Positions 12,008-21,264 of a stretch of 64,000 bases of DNA are shown one piece after another. The stretch's first letter is position 1; each line of letters opens with the position of its first letter. The notes under the pieces were generated by a model that saw only the letters and a list, made by a program, of their open reading frames with translations, was not told the DNA's origin and did no database searches. Position numbers and translations under genes: made by a program. This DNA is from Chloroflexota bacterium (GTDB lineage Bacteria; Chloroflexota; UBA11872): positions 145,522 through 209,521 of the forward strand of contig JAJEGF010000025.1 in assembly GCA_022820025.1 (NCBI GenBank), in the 5' to 3' direction.

Positions 12008-12658
12008 GTGCGGCTCCCGCGCTACACCTGGCGGGAGGCTTGGCGCTGGATGCGCTGGGACGTGCCGACCCGCGTCGCCTTCCTGATCGGCGCGCCGTTG
12101 ATCTGGATCGCGGTGGCGGGCATCGACCCGTCGGCCATTGGACTGCAACTGGGGCTGGGGCTGCTGGACTGGGTCCTGATCGGCTTGTGGTCGGTCGGCG
12201 TCATGCTGGTCACGCTCAGCTACCGCCGCTGGCTCTGGCCGGTGCGGGTCGCCGGGGACCGCTCGGCGCTGCTGCTGAACCTGCCGTTTTTCCTGGTGCT
12301 CAATCCGGTCGCCGAAGAACTGTTTTTCCGGGGCGCGGCCATGTTCGGCCTTGCCAACCTGATCGGGATGCCGTGGTCGATCGTCGTGACGTCGCTGGTG
12401 TTCGGCCTGCACCACGGGCTGGACCGGCAGTTCCCGCGCTCGTTCCTTGTGCTGGGCACGCTGGGCGGGCTGCTGTTCGGGATCGCGGCGGCGCACTTCG
12501 AGTCAGTCGCGCCGGCCATCGTGCTGCACATCGCGGCCGACGCCGTGATCTTCGTGGCCGCCGCGCCGATCCTGGAACGCCTGGGCGTGGGCCTGCGACT
12601 TCCGCAGCCGCCGTCGCCGACCCCTGCCGCGCCCGCGCCGGCCGATCAGGCGTCGTAG
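12008..12658 (+). CDS. CPBP/CAAX (Abi-family) intramembrane metalloprotease
   Basis: PVAEELFFRG, FGLHH, AIVLH motifs in multi-TM protein; start approximate. Confidence 0.88.
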   Translation: MRLPRYTWREAWRWMRWDVPTRVAFLIGAPLIWIAVAGIDPSAIGLQLGLGLLDWVLIGLWSVGVMLVTLSYRRWLWPVRVAGDRSALLLNLPFFLVLNPVAEELFFRGAAMFGLANLIGMPWSIVVTSLVFGLHHGLDRQFPRSFLVLGTLGGLLFGIAAAHFESVAPAIVLHIAADAVIFVAAAPILERLGVGLRLPQPPSPTPAAPAPADQAS

Positions 12659-12669
12659 TCCCGCCGCGC

Positions 12670-12688
12670 GGGCCCGTTGCTAGACTGA
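12670..12688 (+). promoter_or_regulatory. 19-bp direct repeat copy 2, likely extended -10 promoter of tRNA-Arg
   Basis: TG-c-TAGACT ends 10 nt before tRNA G1. Confidence 0.75.
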
Positions 12689-12696
12689 TTTTTCCT

Positions 12697-12770
12697 GACC
12701 CCGTAGCTCAGTTGGACAGAGCGTGTGGTTGCGGACCACAAGGCCGGAGGTTCGAGTCCTCTCGGGGTCG
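12697..12770 (+). tRNA. tRNA-Arg(GCG); CCA end not encoded (followed by CCCA)
   Basis: Acceptor GACCCCG/CGGGGTC, D-loop with A20, anticodon stem TGTGG/CCACA with loop TTGCGGA, T-loop TTCGAGT. Confidence 0.93.
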
Positions 12771-12808
12771 CCCAACAATCTTCAGCTTGAAGGCGTCGCC
12801 CGACCCGC

Positions 12809-13795
12809 ATGACTGACGACCGAATCCCGCGTCGTCGCATCGGCGCCTCCGAACTTGAAGCCGGCGCCGTCGGCGTCGGCACCTGGCAGTGGGGCGACCG
12901 GCGCTATTGGGACGACCACGACGGCCAGGAACCCACCGACATCGCCGCCACATACCACGCGACGATCGACCGCGGCGCCGATTTCCTTGATACCGCCGAA
13001 CTCTACGGCTTCGGCGAGTCGGAACGGGTGATCGGCAAACTGCGCGCGGGCGATTCGCGGTCGGCCGTGGTAGCCACCAAGTACATGCCGGCGCCCAACC
13101 GTTGGCGCCTGCGTTCGGTGGACGCGGCCATCGACGGTAGCCTCAGACGCTTGGGCGTGGACCGGCTCGACCACTACCAGGTGCACTGGCCGTACGGCGT
13201 CATCCCGCACCGGCGCCTGCTTGGGCGGCTGGCGCGGGCTGTTCACGACGGACGGATTGCCTATGTCGGCGTCAGCAATTTCACCGAACCGCAGATGCGT
13301 CGGGCGCACGCGGTACTGGCCGATGCCGGGGTGCCGCTAGTCTCGAACCAGGTGTCCTACAGCCTGCTGCGTCGCGCGCCCGAGGTGAACGGAGTGCTGG
13401 ACGCCTGCCACCAATTGGACGTGACCCTGATTGCCTACAGCCCGCTGGCCCAGGGTCTGCTCAGCGGCAAGTACGGACCCGGCGGCCGCCAGCCGCGCTC
13501 GCGGCCGTTGCGGCGCGTGCTCAGGGCCAAGACTCCGGAAACGGTGATGCCGCTGCTGGACACCCTGCGACGAATCGGTGAATCCGTGGGAGCCACGGCC
13601 GGTCAAGTCGCCGTGGCCTGGACGCTGCGAGATTCAGCCGTGCTGCCGATCGTCGGTGCGCGCACAGCCGGCCAGGCGCAGGCGAATGCCGACGCCGCGT
13701 TGATCGAACTCGACGACGAGGCCCTGCGCGAGTTGGACGCTGCATCCCGCGCATACCGCACGGCTAGCCCGTTGGCGCGCCGACTTCGAGGCTGA
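12809..13795 (+). CDS. Aldo/keto reductase
   Basis: GVGTWQWG, DTAELYG, VATK, YQVHWP, VGVSNF, IAYSPLAQGLL. Confidence 0.93.
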   Translation: MTDDRIPRRRIGASELEAGAVGVGTWQWGDRRYWDDHDGQEPTDIAATYHATIDRGADFLDTAELYGFGESERVIGKLRAGDSRSAVVATKYMPAPNRWRLRSVDAAIDGSLRRLGVDRLDHYQVHWPYGVIPHRRLLGRLARAVHDGRIAYVGVSNFTEPQMRRAHAVLADAGVPLVSNQVSYSLLRRAPEVNGVLDACHQLDVTLIAYSPLAQGLLSGKYGPGGRQPRSRPLRRVLRAKTPETVMPLLDTLRRIGESVGATAGQVAVAWTLRDSAVLPIVGARTAGQAQANADAALIELDDEALRELDAASRAYRTASPLARRLRG

Positions 13796-13880
13796 GAGCT
13801 TCCCAAAGCAGGAAAACCCACACACTCACCAGGCGCGGGGAGCGTATCCTGAGTGCGAGGGCTCAAGGGGGAGCGCAAGC

Positions 13881-15455
13881 ATGTACGACGCTCGTAAGGG
13901 TCTAGGCCCAGTGCTCAGGCGCGAGGCGCGACCGGCGCTGGCCGGCCTGATTGCCGCCGGCGTGTCGTTTGGAATCACCGAAATCTTCGCCGGACTCATT
14001 TCCGGCGGTCCGTCGCTCATCATCGCCGTGGGCTCCGGGGTCATCGACCTGTCGCCGAAGTTCGCCAAGGACTTCGCGATTGCCGTGTTCGGCACAAACG
14101 ACAAGCTGGCGCTGCTGATTTCCATCGTTGTGATCGGTCTGGGCGTTGGCGCGGTTGTCGGCGTGGCCGGCACGCGCAAGTTCTGGATCGCCCAGCTTGG
14201 CTTCGTGGCGTTCGGGATCCTGGCGGCCGTCGCCGGCATCGCCGAACCGCAACTGTCGCCGGTGCTGGCGCTGATCGGCGCCCTGCTGGCGGCCTCGGCC
14301 GGCATGTGGACGCTGGCGATGCTGCTGAAGCTCCTCGAAGCGCAAGCAATGCCCCAGCCCGTTCGCGACCCGCGGCTGATGGGACTCGGCCGTCGCTCAT
14401 TCATGCGGATGGCCGGTGCGTTTGCAGTTCTGGCAGTCGGCACCGCGGCCGGCGGGCGGGTGATGCTGGAGCGCGCGCGCACGATCGCCTCCAGCCGCCT
14501 GGACGTGATCTTGCCCAAGCCGCGCGACGCCGCGAGGCCGGTGCCGGAGGGCGCCATGGTCGACGCCGCGGGCATCGAGCCGATCGTCACCCCCAATGAG
14601 GACTTCTACCGCATTGACACGGCCCTCAGCATTCCCCAGGTCGACCTGTCAACCTGGACGCTCAAGATCGAGGGCCTGGTGGACCGGCCCTACCAGCTGA
14701 CCTATGACGAATTGCTGGACCTTTCGCGGGTCGAGCGCCACGTCACGCTCTGCTGCGTCTCGAACGAAGTCGGCGGCGACCTGGTGGATAACGCCAAGTG
14801 GCTGGGCGTGCCGCTGACCGAGTTGCTGGACCGAGCCGGCCTGCAAGCGGAGGCCAGCCAGATCGTCGGCATGTCGGTGGACGGCTTTACCGCCGGGTTC
14901 CCGGTGGACACCGTCTACGACGGGCGCCAGGCCCTGGTGGCCGTGGGCATGAACGACGAGCCGCTGCCGCCGAAGCACGGTTTCCCGGCCCGGCTGGTCG
15001 TGGCGGGTCTCTACGGCTACGTCTCGGCCACGAAATGGCTGGACGCGATCGTGGTGAACCGGTGGGAGGAATTCGACGGCTACTGGATACCACGCGGCTG
15101 GTCCAAGGAAGGACCGATCAAGACGCAATCACGGATTGACGTCCCGCGTCGCGGTCAGACCCTGAACCCAGGCCTGCAGCCCATCGCCGGCGTGGCCTGG
15201 GCGCAGGACCGCGGCATTACCAAGGTCGAAGTCAAGGTAGGCGAGACCGACTGGCAGGAAGCCCAACTGGGCGAGGCGATCTCCAAGGACACCTGGCGCC
15301 AGTGGGTCTTGCCCTGGGACGCCACCCCGGGCAGCCACGTCATCTCAGTGCGCGCGACCGACACCACCGGAGAGCCGCAAACCGCGGTCGTCCAGCGCTC
15401 CGACCCCGACGGCGCGACCGGTCACCACACCATCGTGGTGGACGTCAGCGGGTAA
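13881..15455 (+). CDS. Membrane-anchored molybdopterin oxidoreductase (sulfite oxidase family)
   Basis: N-terminal TM helices; TPNEDFYRIDT, TLCCVSNEVGG, HGFPARLVVAGLYG, KTQSRID. Confidence 0.9.
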   Translation: MYDARKGLGPVLRREARPALAGLIAAGVSFGITEIFAGLISGGPSLIIAVGSGVIDLSPKFAKDFAIAVFGTNDKLALLISIVVIGLGVGAVVGVAGTRKFWIAQLGFVAFGILAAVAGIAEPQLSPVLALIGALLAASAGMWTLAMLLKLLEAQAMPQPVRDPRLMGLGRRSFMRMAGAFAVLAVGTAAGGRVMLERARTIASSRLDVILPKPRDAARPVPEGAMVDAAGIEPIVTPNEDFYRIDTALSIPQVDLSTWTLKIEGLVDRPYQLTYDELLDLSRVERHVTLCCVSNEVGGDLVDNAKWLGVPLTELLDRAGLQAEASQIVGMSVDGFTAGFPVDTVYDGRQALVAVGMNDEPLPPKHGFPARLVVAGLYGYVSATKWLDAIVVNRWEEFDGYWIPRGWSKEGPIKTQSRIDVPRRGQTLNPGLQPIAGVAWAQDRGITKVEVKVGETDWQEAQLGEAISKDTWRQWVLPWDATPGSHVISVRATDTTGEPQTAVVQRSDPDGATGHHTIVVDVSG

Positions 15456-15467
15456 CGGGATCCGCCT

Positions 15468-16337
15468 CTAGGCGTAGTCCCCGTGCGCCCCGGTCCCACT
15501 CGGGTCCGCGAGTTCGTCCGCGCCGCAGAGGTAGCGCCACCAGTCGGCGCGTTCCTGGGCGACGGCCGAGGATTCGCCGGTGAGGTTGTGGGCGTTCTTG
15601 TTCATGCGGAAGTAGCGCCGGATCTCCTCGCTGTCCCAGCCGTCGGTGTTGAAGATGCCGCGCTGCGGGACCCGCGGGTTGTAGCGAATCTTGAACATGA
15701 AGCGCCACTGGTCGATCTCGTTGGTCTGGGCGCAGTGCCACAGCGCCTCGTGCATGAAGACGATGCGTCCGGCCTTGCCGGACAGGCGCTTCTGGCCGGT
15801 GATGTTCTTGTAGCGGGCCACGTCGGGACCGAGCACCGAGCGCATGTGCGAGCCGGGCAGCACCAGCGTGGGACCCATCTCGTGCGGGGTGTCGTGCGCG
15901 AAGTAGGCCGTGAGGATGTCGAACGACCAGGGGTGCACGCCCGGCAGGCGTACCTGGCGCCGACCGCCGGCGTCCACGTGCCACTGCTGCGCCGTCTCCT
16001 GGCGAGGCCCGGTGCAGTGCAGGGCCGAATGGCTGGCCACGTGCCCGGGGCCCAGCAGGCTCTGCAGCACGGCCTTCACGCGCGGCAGGTTGTGCACGGC
16101 CCGCACGGCGGCGGATCGTTCGTAGAACCCGTGCGGGTTATCCGTGATGTGCCAGCGCACCTCGGGAATGGGGCCGTCGGCGTTGACCGATGCCAGTTCG
16201 TCGGCGTTGACCGCTTCGCTCAGTTCGTCGGGAATCAGGTCGTCGAACTCGATGAAGCCATCGATGACGAACCGCGCCATCTGGTGCACGTCCAGGAGTT
16301 CGCTCTGCGCCACGACCTCGGTTTCTGCGATCGCCAT
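15468..16337 (-). CDS. PhyH family dioxygenase
   Basis: FVIDGFI, QWHVD (HxD), GPTLVLPGSH, LWHCA. Confidence 0.85.
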   Translation of the reverse strand: MAIAETEVVAQSELLDVHQMARFVIDGFIEFDDLIPDELSEAVNADELASVNADGPIPEVRWHITDNPHGFYERSAAVRAVHNLPRVKAVLQSLLGPGHVASHSALHCTGPRQETAQQWHVDAGGRRQVRLPGVHPWSFDILTAYFAHDTPHEMGPTLVLPGSHMRSVLGPDVARYKNITGQKRLSGKAGRIVFMHEALWHCAQTNEIDQWRFMFKIRYNPRVPQRGIFNTDGWDSEEIRRYFRMNKNAHNLTGESSAVAQERADWWRYLCGADELADPSGTGAHGDYA

Positions 16338-16381
16338 CGTTCGCCCCTTCCGTTTCGGCGCCCAGGCGGCGCCGGTGACGC

Positions 16382-16666
16382 TTACCCCTCGACTTCGACG
16401 TTGCGCTCCAGCCAGAACTCGTTCGCCAACTGGCCGGTACCCGTGGCCGCGCTGCGCTCGGGCTGCGGGCTGGCCTGGAATACGCGCCAGCCGTCGCGCA
16501 TGGCCGCCAGCACGGAGTCGTACGGCGGTTCGTACTCGCTGCCGGTCTGCATTTGCACGGCGTCCGCCGGCAGCGCGCCGTCGTAGAGCGCCCAGGCGAC
16601 GGTCGGCGACCCCAGGTCGCCCGACTGGAGATGCAGAATCAGGATCTGCTGCCGAACTGGCGACAT
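16382..16666 (-). CDS. Small hypothetical protein directly upstream of the PhyH gene
   Basis: ATG after AGGGGA; globular-looking 94 aa (QQILILHL...EPPYDSVLAAMRDGWRV...NEFWLER). Confidence 0.7.
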   Translation of the reverse strand: MSPVRQQILILHLQSGDLGSPTVAWALYDGALPADAVQMQTGSEYEPPYDSVLAAMRDGWRVFQASPQPERSAATGTGQLANEFWLERNVEVEG

Positions 16667-16769
16667 TCCGTCCCCTTGCGGCGAAGCGCGCGGCTCATGG
16701 TACCGAGGCTGTCGCTGACGCCGCCTCTTTATAATCGAGAAGTGGGGCGAGTGGGGGAGGCGTGCGGCC

Positions 16770-17534
16770 ATGTTCACCCTGACCAACGATCAAGTCGCGT
16801 TCTACAACGAGCGCGGGTACTTGCGGCTGAGGAACGTCTTCTCTCCCGACGAGGTCGAATTCCAGTCCGTCGAACTCGAGCGCCTGATGCTTGAGTGGGC
16901 GCAGCAAACCCCGGGCTGGCGCGGGCCCTGGCGCAAGGCCTACATGACCGCCGAAGAGGACGAGCGCGCCCGCCTGACGGCCATGCACGAGTTGCAAAAC
17001 TACTCAGAGGCGTTCGCGCGGGCGGTCGTCAACGACCGGCTTACCGGTGCCGTGGCCGACCTGATCGGTCCGGATGTGGAACTGCATCACACGACCCTTC
17101 ACGCCAAGGCCCCGGACATGGGCACACCGTTCCCCATGCACCAGGACCACCCGTTCTACGCGCACGAGGGTCCGGCCTACGTGGACGCGATTGTGCATAT
17201 CGATACGGCAAACGAGGAAAACGGCTGCCTACAATTTCTTGAAGGCAGCCACCAACTTGGGCCGCTCCAGCACATCCGCGGCCCCGAATCGAGCCCGCAC
17301 TTGCCAACCGACCACTACCGCCTCGAGGACGCCGTGTCGGTTCCGGCCGACGCCGGCGACGTCGTGTTCTTCAGCTACTACACCATCCATGGTTCGGCGC
17401 CCAACCGGACGGACCAGTGGCGGCGCCTCGTCAGGTTCGGCTACCGCGACCCGGACAACGTGCAAACGGCGGGCCAGGGACTGGGGCGAGACGGGCTGAT
17501 GGTGCGCGGCCAGAAAAGGAACCGAGCGGCCTGA
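16770..17534 (+). CDS. PhyH family dioxygenase
   Basis: FYNERGYL, PMHQD, NGCLQFLEGSH, IHGSAPN. Confidence 0.9.
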   Translation: MFTLTNDQVAFYNERGYLRLRNVFSPDEVEFQSVELERLMLEWAQQTPGWRGPWRKAYMTAEEDERARLTAMHELQNYSEAFARAVVNDRLTGAVADLIGPDVELHHTTLHAKAPDMGTPFPMHQDHPFYAHEGPAYVDAIVHIDTANEENGCLQFLEGSHQLGPLQHIRGPESSPHLPTDHYRLEDAVSVPADAGDVVFFSYYTIHGSAPNRTDQWRRLVRFGYRDPDNVQTAGQGLGRDGLMVRGQKRNRAA

Positions 17535-17598
17535 TCCATGAAATGCCTTGGCACCGTTCGTGCGTCGCGACGCCCGTCGGATTCGCGGGAATGAGCCG

Positions 17599-18951
17599 AT
17601 GACCGGCCGGCAGCGTTATGCGGCGCTGGCTCTAGTGGTCGTCGCGGTGATCGGCGCCATTGCGTTGATCGAGATCGTGGTGTCGCCGCCCGATCCGACG
17701 GTTGGCGTCGGACTCCCCGGCGCCGACGAGGCTCAGACAGCTGCTCCAACCCAGGCCGTCGTGGCGAGCCCACCCGCGGCTCCCGCCGGTACCACTGCAG
17801 TTGCTGCCAGCGCTCCCACGGCGGCACAGACTGCGCCGCTGGCAACCAGCGCGCCTATAGCGGCGACCAGTGCGCCCACCGCGCCGACAAGCGTCCCGGC
17901 TCCTGTCACCAGCGCACCAACGCCGGCGCCCACGCCGCAGGTCGTCGTAGGCCAACTGCCCGAGTTGCCGGTGATTGGCACCGCGCCGGAATTCGCGGGC
18001 GTCACCGCCTGGCTCAACAGCGAAGTGTTGACTATGGAGAGCCTGCGCGGGCGTCCTGTCTTGATCGACTTCTGGACCTTCGGCTGCATCAACTGCGTCC
18101 GCACGCTGCCCCACGTCCGCGCCTGGCACGACGCCTATGCCCCGCACGGGCTGGTGATCGTTGGCGTGCACACGCCCGAGTTCAGGCACGAGTACGAGGA
18201 AGCGAACGTGCGCGAATCGCTCCCCTCGCGCGGCGTCATCTGGCCGGTCGCCATGGATAACGGCTACAAGACGTGGCGCGCCTACAACAACCGCTTCTGG
18301 CCGCACAAGTTCCTGATCGACCAGGAAGGCCAGATCCGCTATCACCACATCGGCGAGGGCGCCTACCAGGAGACCGAGAAGGCCATCCGCGCGCTGCTGG
18401 CCGAAGACGGAACGGACCTTTCGCACATCCCGCTCTCCAGCGCGTCCATCCCGCGCAAGACGACACCCTCGCCGTCCACCGGGCCTCGGTCGCTCTTTGC
18501 GGGCAGCGGGTTCGCGTTCGGTTCCTACCTGGGCAATCCGATTGGGACACCCGAGGATGGGGCGCGCGTGTTTACCGACAATGTCGCGCACGACGCCGAG
18601 CGCCTCTATCTGGACGGACGCTGGGACTGGGTTGCTAACGCCGCGCTGGCGCAGCCGCAAGCCGACGAAACGGCGAGCGTCAGCGTTCCGTTTCACGCCC
18701 AGGCCGTCTCGGTGAGCTTCGGTGTGTCCGGCGCCGAGCCAATTCGCGTGAATGTAACGGTCGATGGCGAGCCGATTCCGGCTGACCGCCGGGGTGGAGA
18801 TGTCCTGACCGGGCCTGGCGGCCAAACGCATCTGCTCGTCGACCAGTTCCGTCTTTACGACATTCTGCGGAACGGCGCGGAGAGCGTCGGCGAGCTGCAA
18901 TTCATGGTTGATCAACCCGGGTTGGCGCTATACACCGTCTCGCTGTCGTAG
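17599..18951 (+). CDS. Membrane-anchored TlpA/DipZ-like thioredoxin with Pro/Ala/Thr linker and DipZ-like C-terminal domain
   Basis: N-terminal TM; IDFWTFGCINC, GVHTPEF, WRAYNNRFWP, GEGAY. Confidence 0.88.
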   Translation: MTGRQRYAALALVVVAVIGAIALIEIVVSPPDPTVGVGLPGADEAQTAAPTQAVVASPPAAPAGTTAVAASAPTAAQTAPLATSAPIAATSAPTAPTSVPAPVTSAPTPAPTPQVVVGQLPELPVIGTAPEFAGVTAWLNSEVLTMESLRGRPVLIDFWTFGCINCVRTLPHVRAWHDAYAPHGLVIVGVHTPEFRHEYEEANVRESLPSRGVIWPVAMDNGYKTWRAYNNRFWPHKFLIDQEGQIRYHHIGEGAYQETEKAIRALLAEDGTDLSHIPLSSASIPRKTTPSPSTGPRSLFAGSGFAFGSYLGNPIGTPEDGARVFTDNVAHDAERLYLDGRWDWVANAALAQPQADETASVSVPFHAQAVSVSFGVSGAEPIRVNVTVDGEPIPADRRGGDVLTGPGGQTHLLVDQFRLYDILRNGAESVGELQFMVDQPGLALYTVSLS

Positions 18952-18981
18952 CGCCCCGCCGGCGGATCCTGGGCACGTAGC

Positions 18982-19710
18982 GTGGATCAGTCGATCAACG
19001 TCGGATTGGCGTTCATCGCCGGTGTGGCGTCCTTCATTGCTCCCTGCACGCTCGCGCTCGTCCCGGCCTATCTCGCGTACCTGGCGGGGTTCACCTTGAG
19101 CGACCCAAGCACGGCCAGCTCAAGGCGATTGCAGACGGCCACCGTGCTCAATGTGGCCCTCTTTGCCCTCGGCTTCACGTCCGTCTTCGTTGTGTTGGGA
19201 TCGTCGCTTGGCGCCATTTCAAGCATCGCCGGGGACCAGGCCGTCTGGCTGAACCGCATTGGTGGCCTCCTGATTGTCGGCTTCGGCCTCATGACCCTCG
19301 GTCTCCTGCGCGTCCCAGTTCTTGAACGCGGCTTCACGGTGGACGACCGATTCGCACGGCGTCTGAGCTATGCGGGTTCGCTGATTGTCGGCGGCACCTT
19401 TGCCGTGGGCTGGATTCCGTGCGTCGGTCCGATCCTCGGCGCAATCCTGGTGCTGGCGGCCACCACGGCGTCCGCCGCCTCAGGCGCCATACTCCTGACC
19501 TCATATTCGCTGGGAATCATGCTGCCCTTCGTGCTGGCGGGTGTGTTCTCCGGCTGGACACGCGTTTTGCTGCGGCGCTACGGCCGGGCGCTTCAGGTTG
19601 CCGGCGCCAGTGGCGGCGTCCTGCTCATCGCGCTGGGCGTCATCGTGTTCACAAATCTCATGCCAGTCATTGCTTCGGCTGTACCCATGGGCGTCCCTCC
19701 GATCAGCTAG
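18982..19710 (+). CDS. ccdA: Cytochrome c biogenesis / thiol-disulfide membrane transporter CcdA
   Basis: SFIAPCTLALVPAYL and WIPCVGPILG Pro-Cys motifs, about 6 TM. Confidence 0.9.
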   Translation: MDQSINVGLAFIAGVASFIAPCTLALVPAYLAYLAGFTLSDPSTASSRRLQTATVLNVALFALGFTSVFVVLGSSLGAISSIAGDQAVWLNRIGGLLIVGFGLMTLGLLRVPVLERGFTVDDRFARRLSYAGSLIVGGTFAVGWIPCVGPILGAILVLAATTASAASGAILLTSYSLGIMLPFVLAGVFSGWTRVLLRRYGRALQVAGASGGVLLIALGVIVFTNLMPVIASAVPMGVPPIS

Positions 19711-19817
19711 ATGCGTAGCCGAATCGATCGCGCCGATGGGTTGAGCGGCCAGTTGTCGTACGATGAAATCAAGAAGCACCGTGCGAGGGCGGTGCGTCGC
19801 TATCTCACCTAACGTTT

Positions 19818-21044
19818 ATGTCACCTGAGAATGACTCGACGGCGGGCGGCGACGCGGGCGCGCGTCGGCGTCGAGTCTTGGCCGCGCACGCCGAGCTGTT
19901 CAACGAAGCGCTGACCGACGAGGCTGACCGCCTGGCCAAGCTGGCCAACGTGGTGGAAGCGCTGGCCATGGCGTCCGATGCCGAACCGCTCGGGCCGCCG
20001 TCGGTGATGGGCGACCACGTGGAAGGCGCCGTGCGCCTGGAACGCGTGCGGCGTCGATTTGCGCTGTGGTTTGACAGCGACGATCACGCGGCCCTGGCCG
20101 AGGCCGCGCGCGAGCGCCAGGTCGACATTCTGATCGTTGTCCAGGGCTTCCCGCTGCAGATGGCCGTGGACGCGGAGTGGGCCAGCGAACTGACGCTGCT
20201 GGACGGCCGCGACCTGACGCTCTTGCTGGAAGGCCGTTGGACGCTCGGGCAGGCCGTGCGGTTCAAGCACAGCGAACAGGCCGCGCACGGACGCTTCATA
20301 TCTCTGCGTGTGGCGCCGCCGGCCGACCTGCCGGACGAGGCCGAATCCGAGTTTCGTCCAGAGGACGGCGAGGTCCTGCGCTCAAACGTCGATGACATGC
20401 CATCACCGCACGACGAAGGCGACGCCGGGCGGGTCGACAATCCCGACATATGGGATGTGAGTTCCGGGCGGCGGCGTGACCCCGAACCGGTCCCTACGAC
20501 GATTCGCTCAAACATCGAGTCCCACGAGCAATCGTTCGCCGAAACGGAGGCCTTTGAGCGGGCCGAGGCGAGGCGCCTGCGTCTGATTCGGACGGGGTTC
20601 ATGTTGGCGGCGCTGTTTGCCGTGCTGATCGCAGTCTTCGTGGTGCGCGGCCGGCAGGATGCCGAGGCGGCCAGCCTGGACCGGGCGACCGATACGGCCG
20701 TGCGGGCCGCGCGGCTTGAGTTCGAGGCCTATCAGTCGCTCGACTCAAGTGCGCTGCGTTCGGTGTATGACGAAGCCGTGGCGCAGGAGATCGAAACACG
20801 GGTCCAGCAACTACGCGCCAGTGGGGTGTACCTGGAAAGCGATGTATCGATTCAGGCTATTGACGCCAGGATTGATGGCGAGAATGCCGCGGTTCTGATT
20901 CGCGAGTCCGGAAACCTGGCAACTCGACGCAGGGCGGACGGTGAGACCATTCAGCGCGGACCTCTGAGTCAGGATGTCGGCTTCTTCCTTGCGCGTACCG
21001 CGGATCAAAGATGGCGCGTCGTGCAGCGCGCCGCGGTCGGCTAG
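19818..21044 (+). CDS. Hypothetical membrane protein: degenerate Mrr-like restriction-endonuclease fold, one TM helix, ARC6/IMS-like C-terminal domain
   Basis: LLDGRDLTLLLEG...FK...AAHG tail; TM GFMLAALFAVLIAVFVV; C-terminal all-helix-then-beta domain. Confidence 0.55.
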   Translation: MSPENDSTAGGDAGARRRRVLAAHAELFNEALTDEADRLAKLANVVEALAMASDAEPLGPPSVMGDHVEGAVRLERVRRRFALWFDSDDHAALAEAARERQVDILIVVQGFPLQMAVDAEWASELTLLDGRDLTLLLEGRWTLGQAVRFKHSEQAAHGRFISLRVAPPADLPDEAESEFRPEDGEVLRSNVDDMPSPHDEGDAGRVDNPDIWDVSSGRRRDPEPVPTTIRSNIESHEQSFAETEAFERAEARRLRLIRTGFMLAALFAVLIAVFVVRGRQDAEAASLDRATDTAVRAARLEFEAYQSLDSSALRSVYDEAVAQEIETRVQQLRASGVYLESDVSIQAIDARIDGENAAVLIRESGNLATRRRADGETIQRGPLSQDVGFFLARTADQRWRVVQRAAVG

Positions 21045-21127
21045 CGGGCTCTTTCGGATCCCGGCCGCCGTGTGTTGGCCGCGGCGCGGTGCGCTGGATA
21101 TCCTTTGACAAGCGCCGAACGCTTCCC

Positions 21128-21201
21128 GGCGACGTAGCCAAGTGGTAAGGCGGGGGTCTGCAAAACCCCTATCCTGGGTTCGATTCCCAGCGTCGCCTCC
21201 A
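21128..21201 (+). tRNA. tRNA-Cys(GCA)
   Basis: GGCGACG acceptor, anticodon loop CTGCAAA, TTCGATT T-loop, U73 then encoded CCA. Confidence 0.95.
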
Positions 21202-21264
21202 ATGCCCATGGGCTAGGCGCGCACGCGGCGGCTATGGCAGGTTTCTGAGCAGAGTTGTGACGCC

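Noticed and set aside
21128-21201. tRNA-Cys or tRNA-Arg 3' end as an integration site
   Set aside because: No duplicated tRNA 3' fragment noticed by eye and no integrase; an exact-match search should confirm
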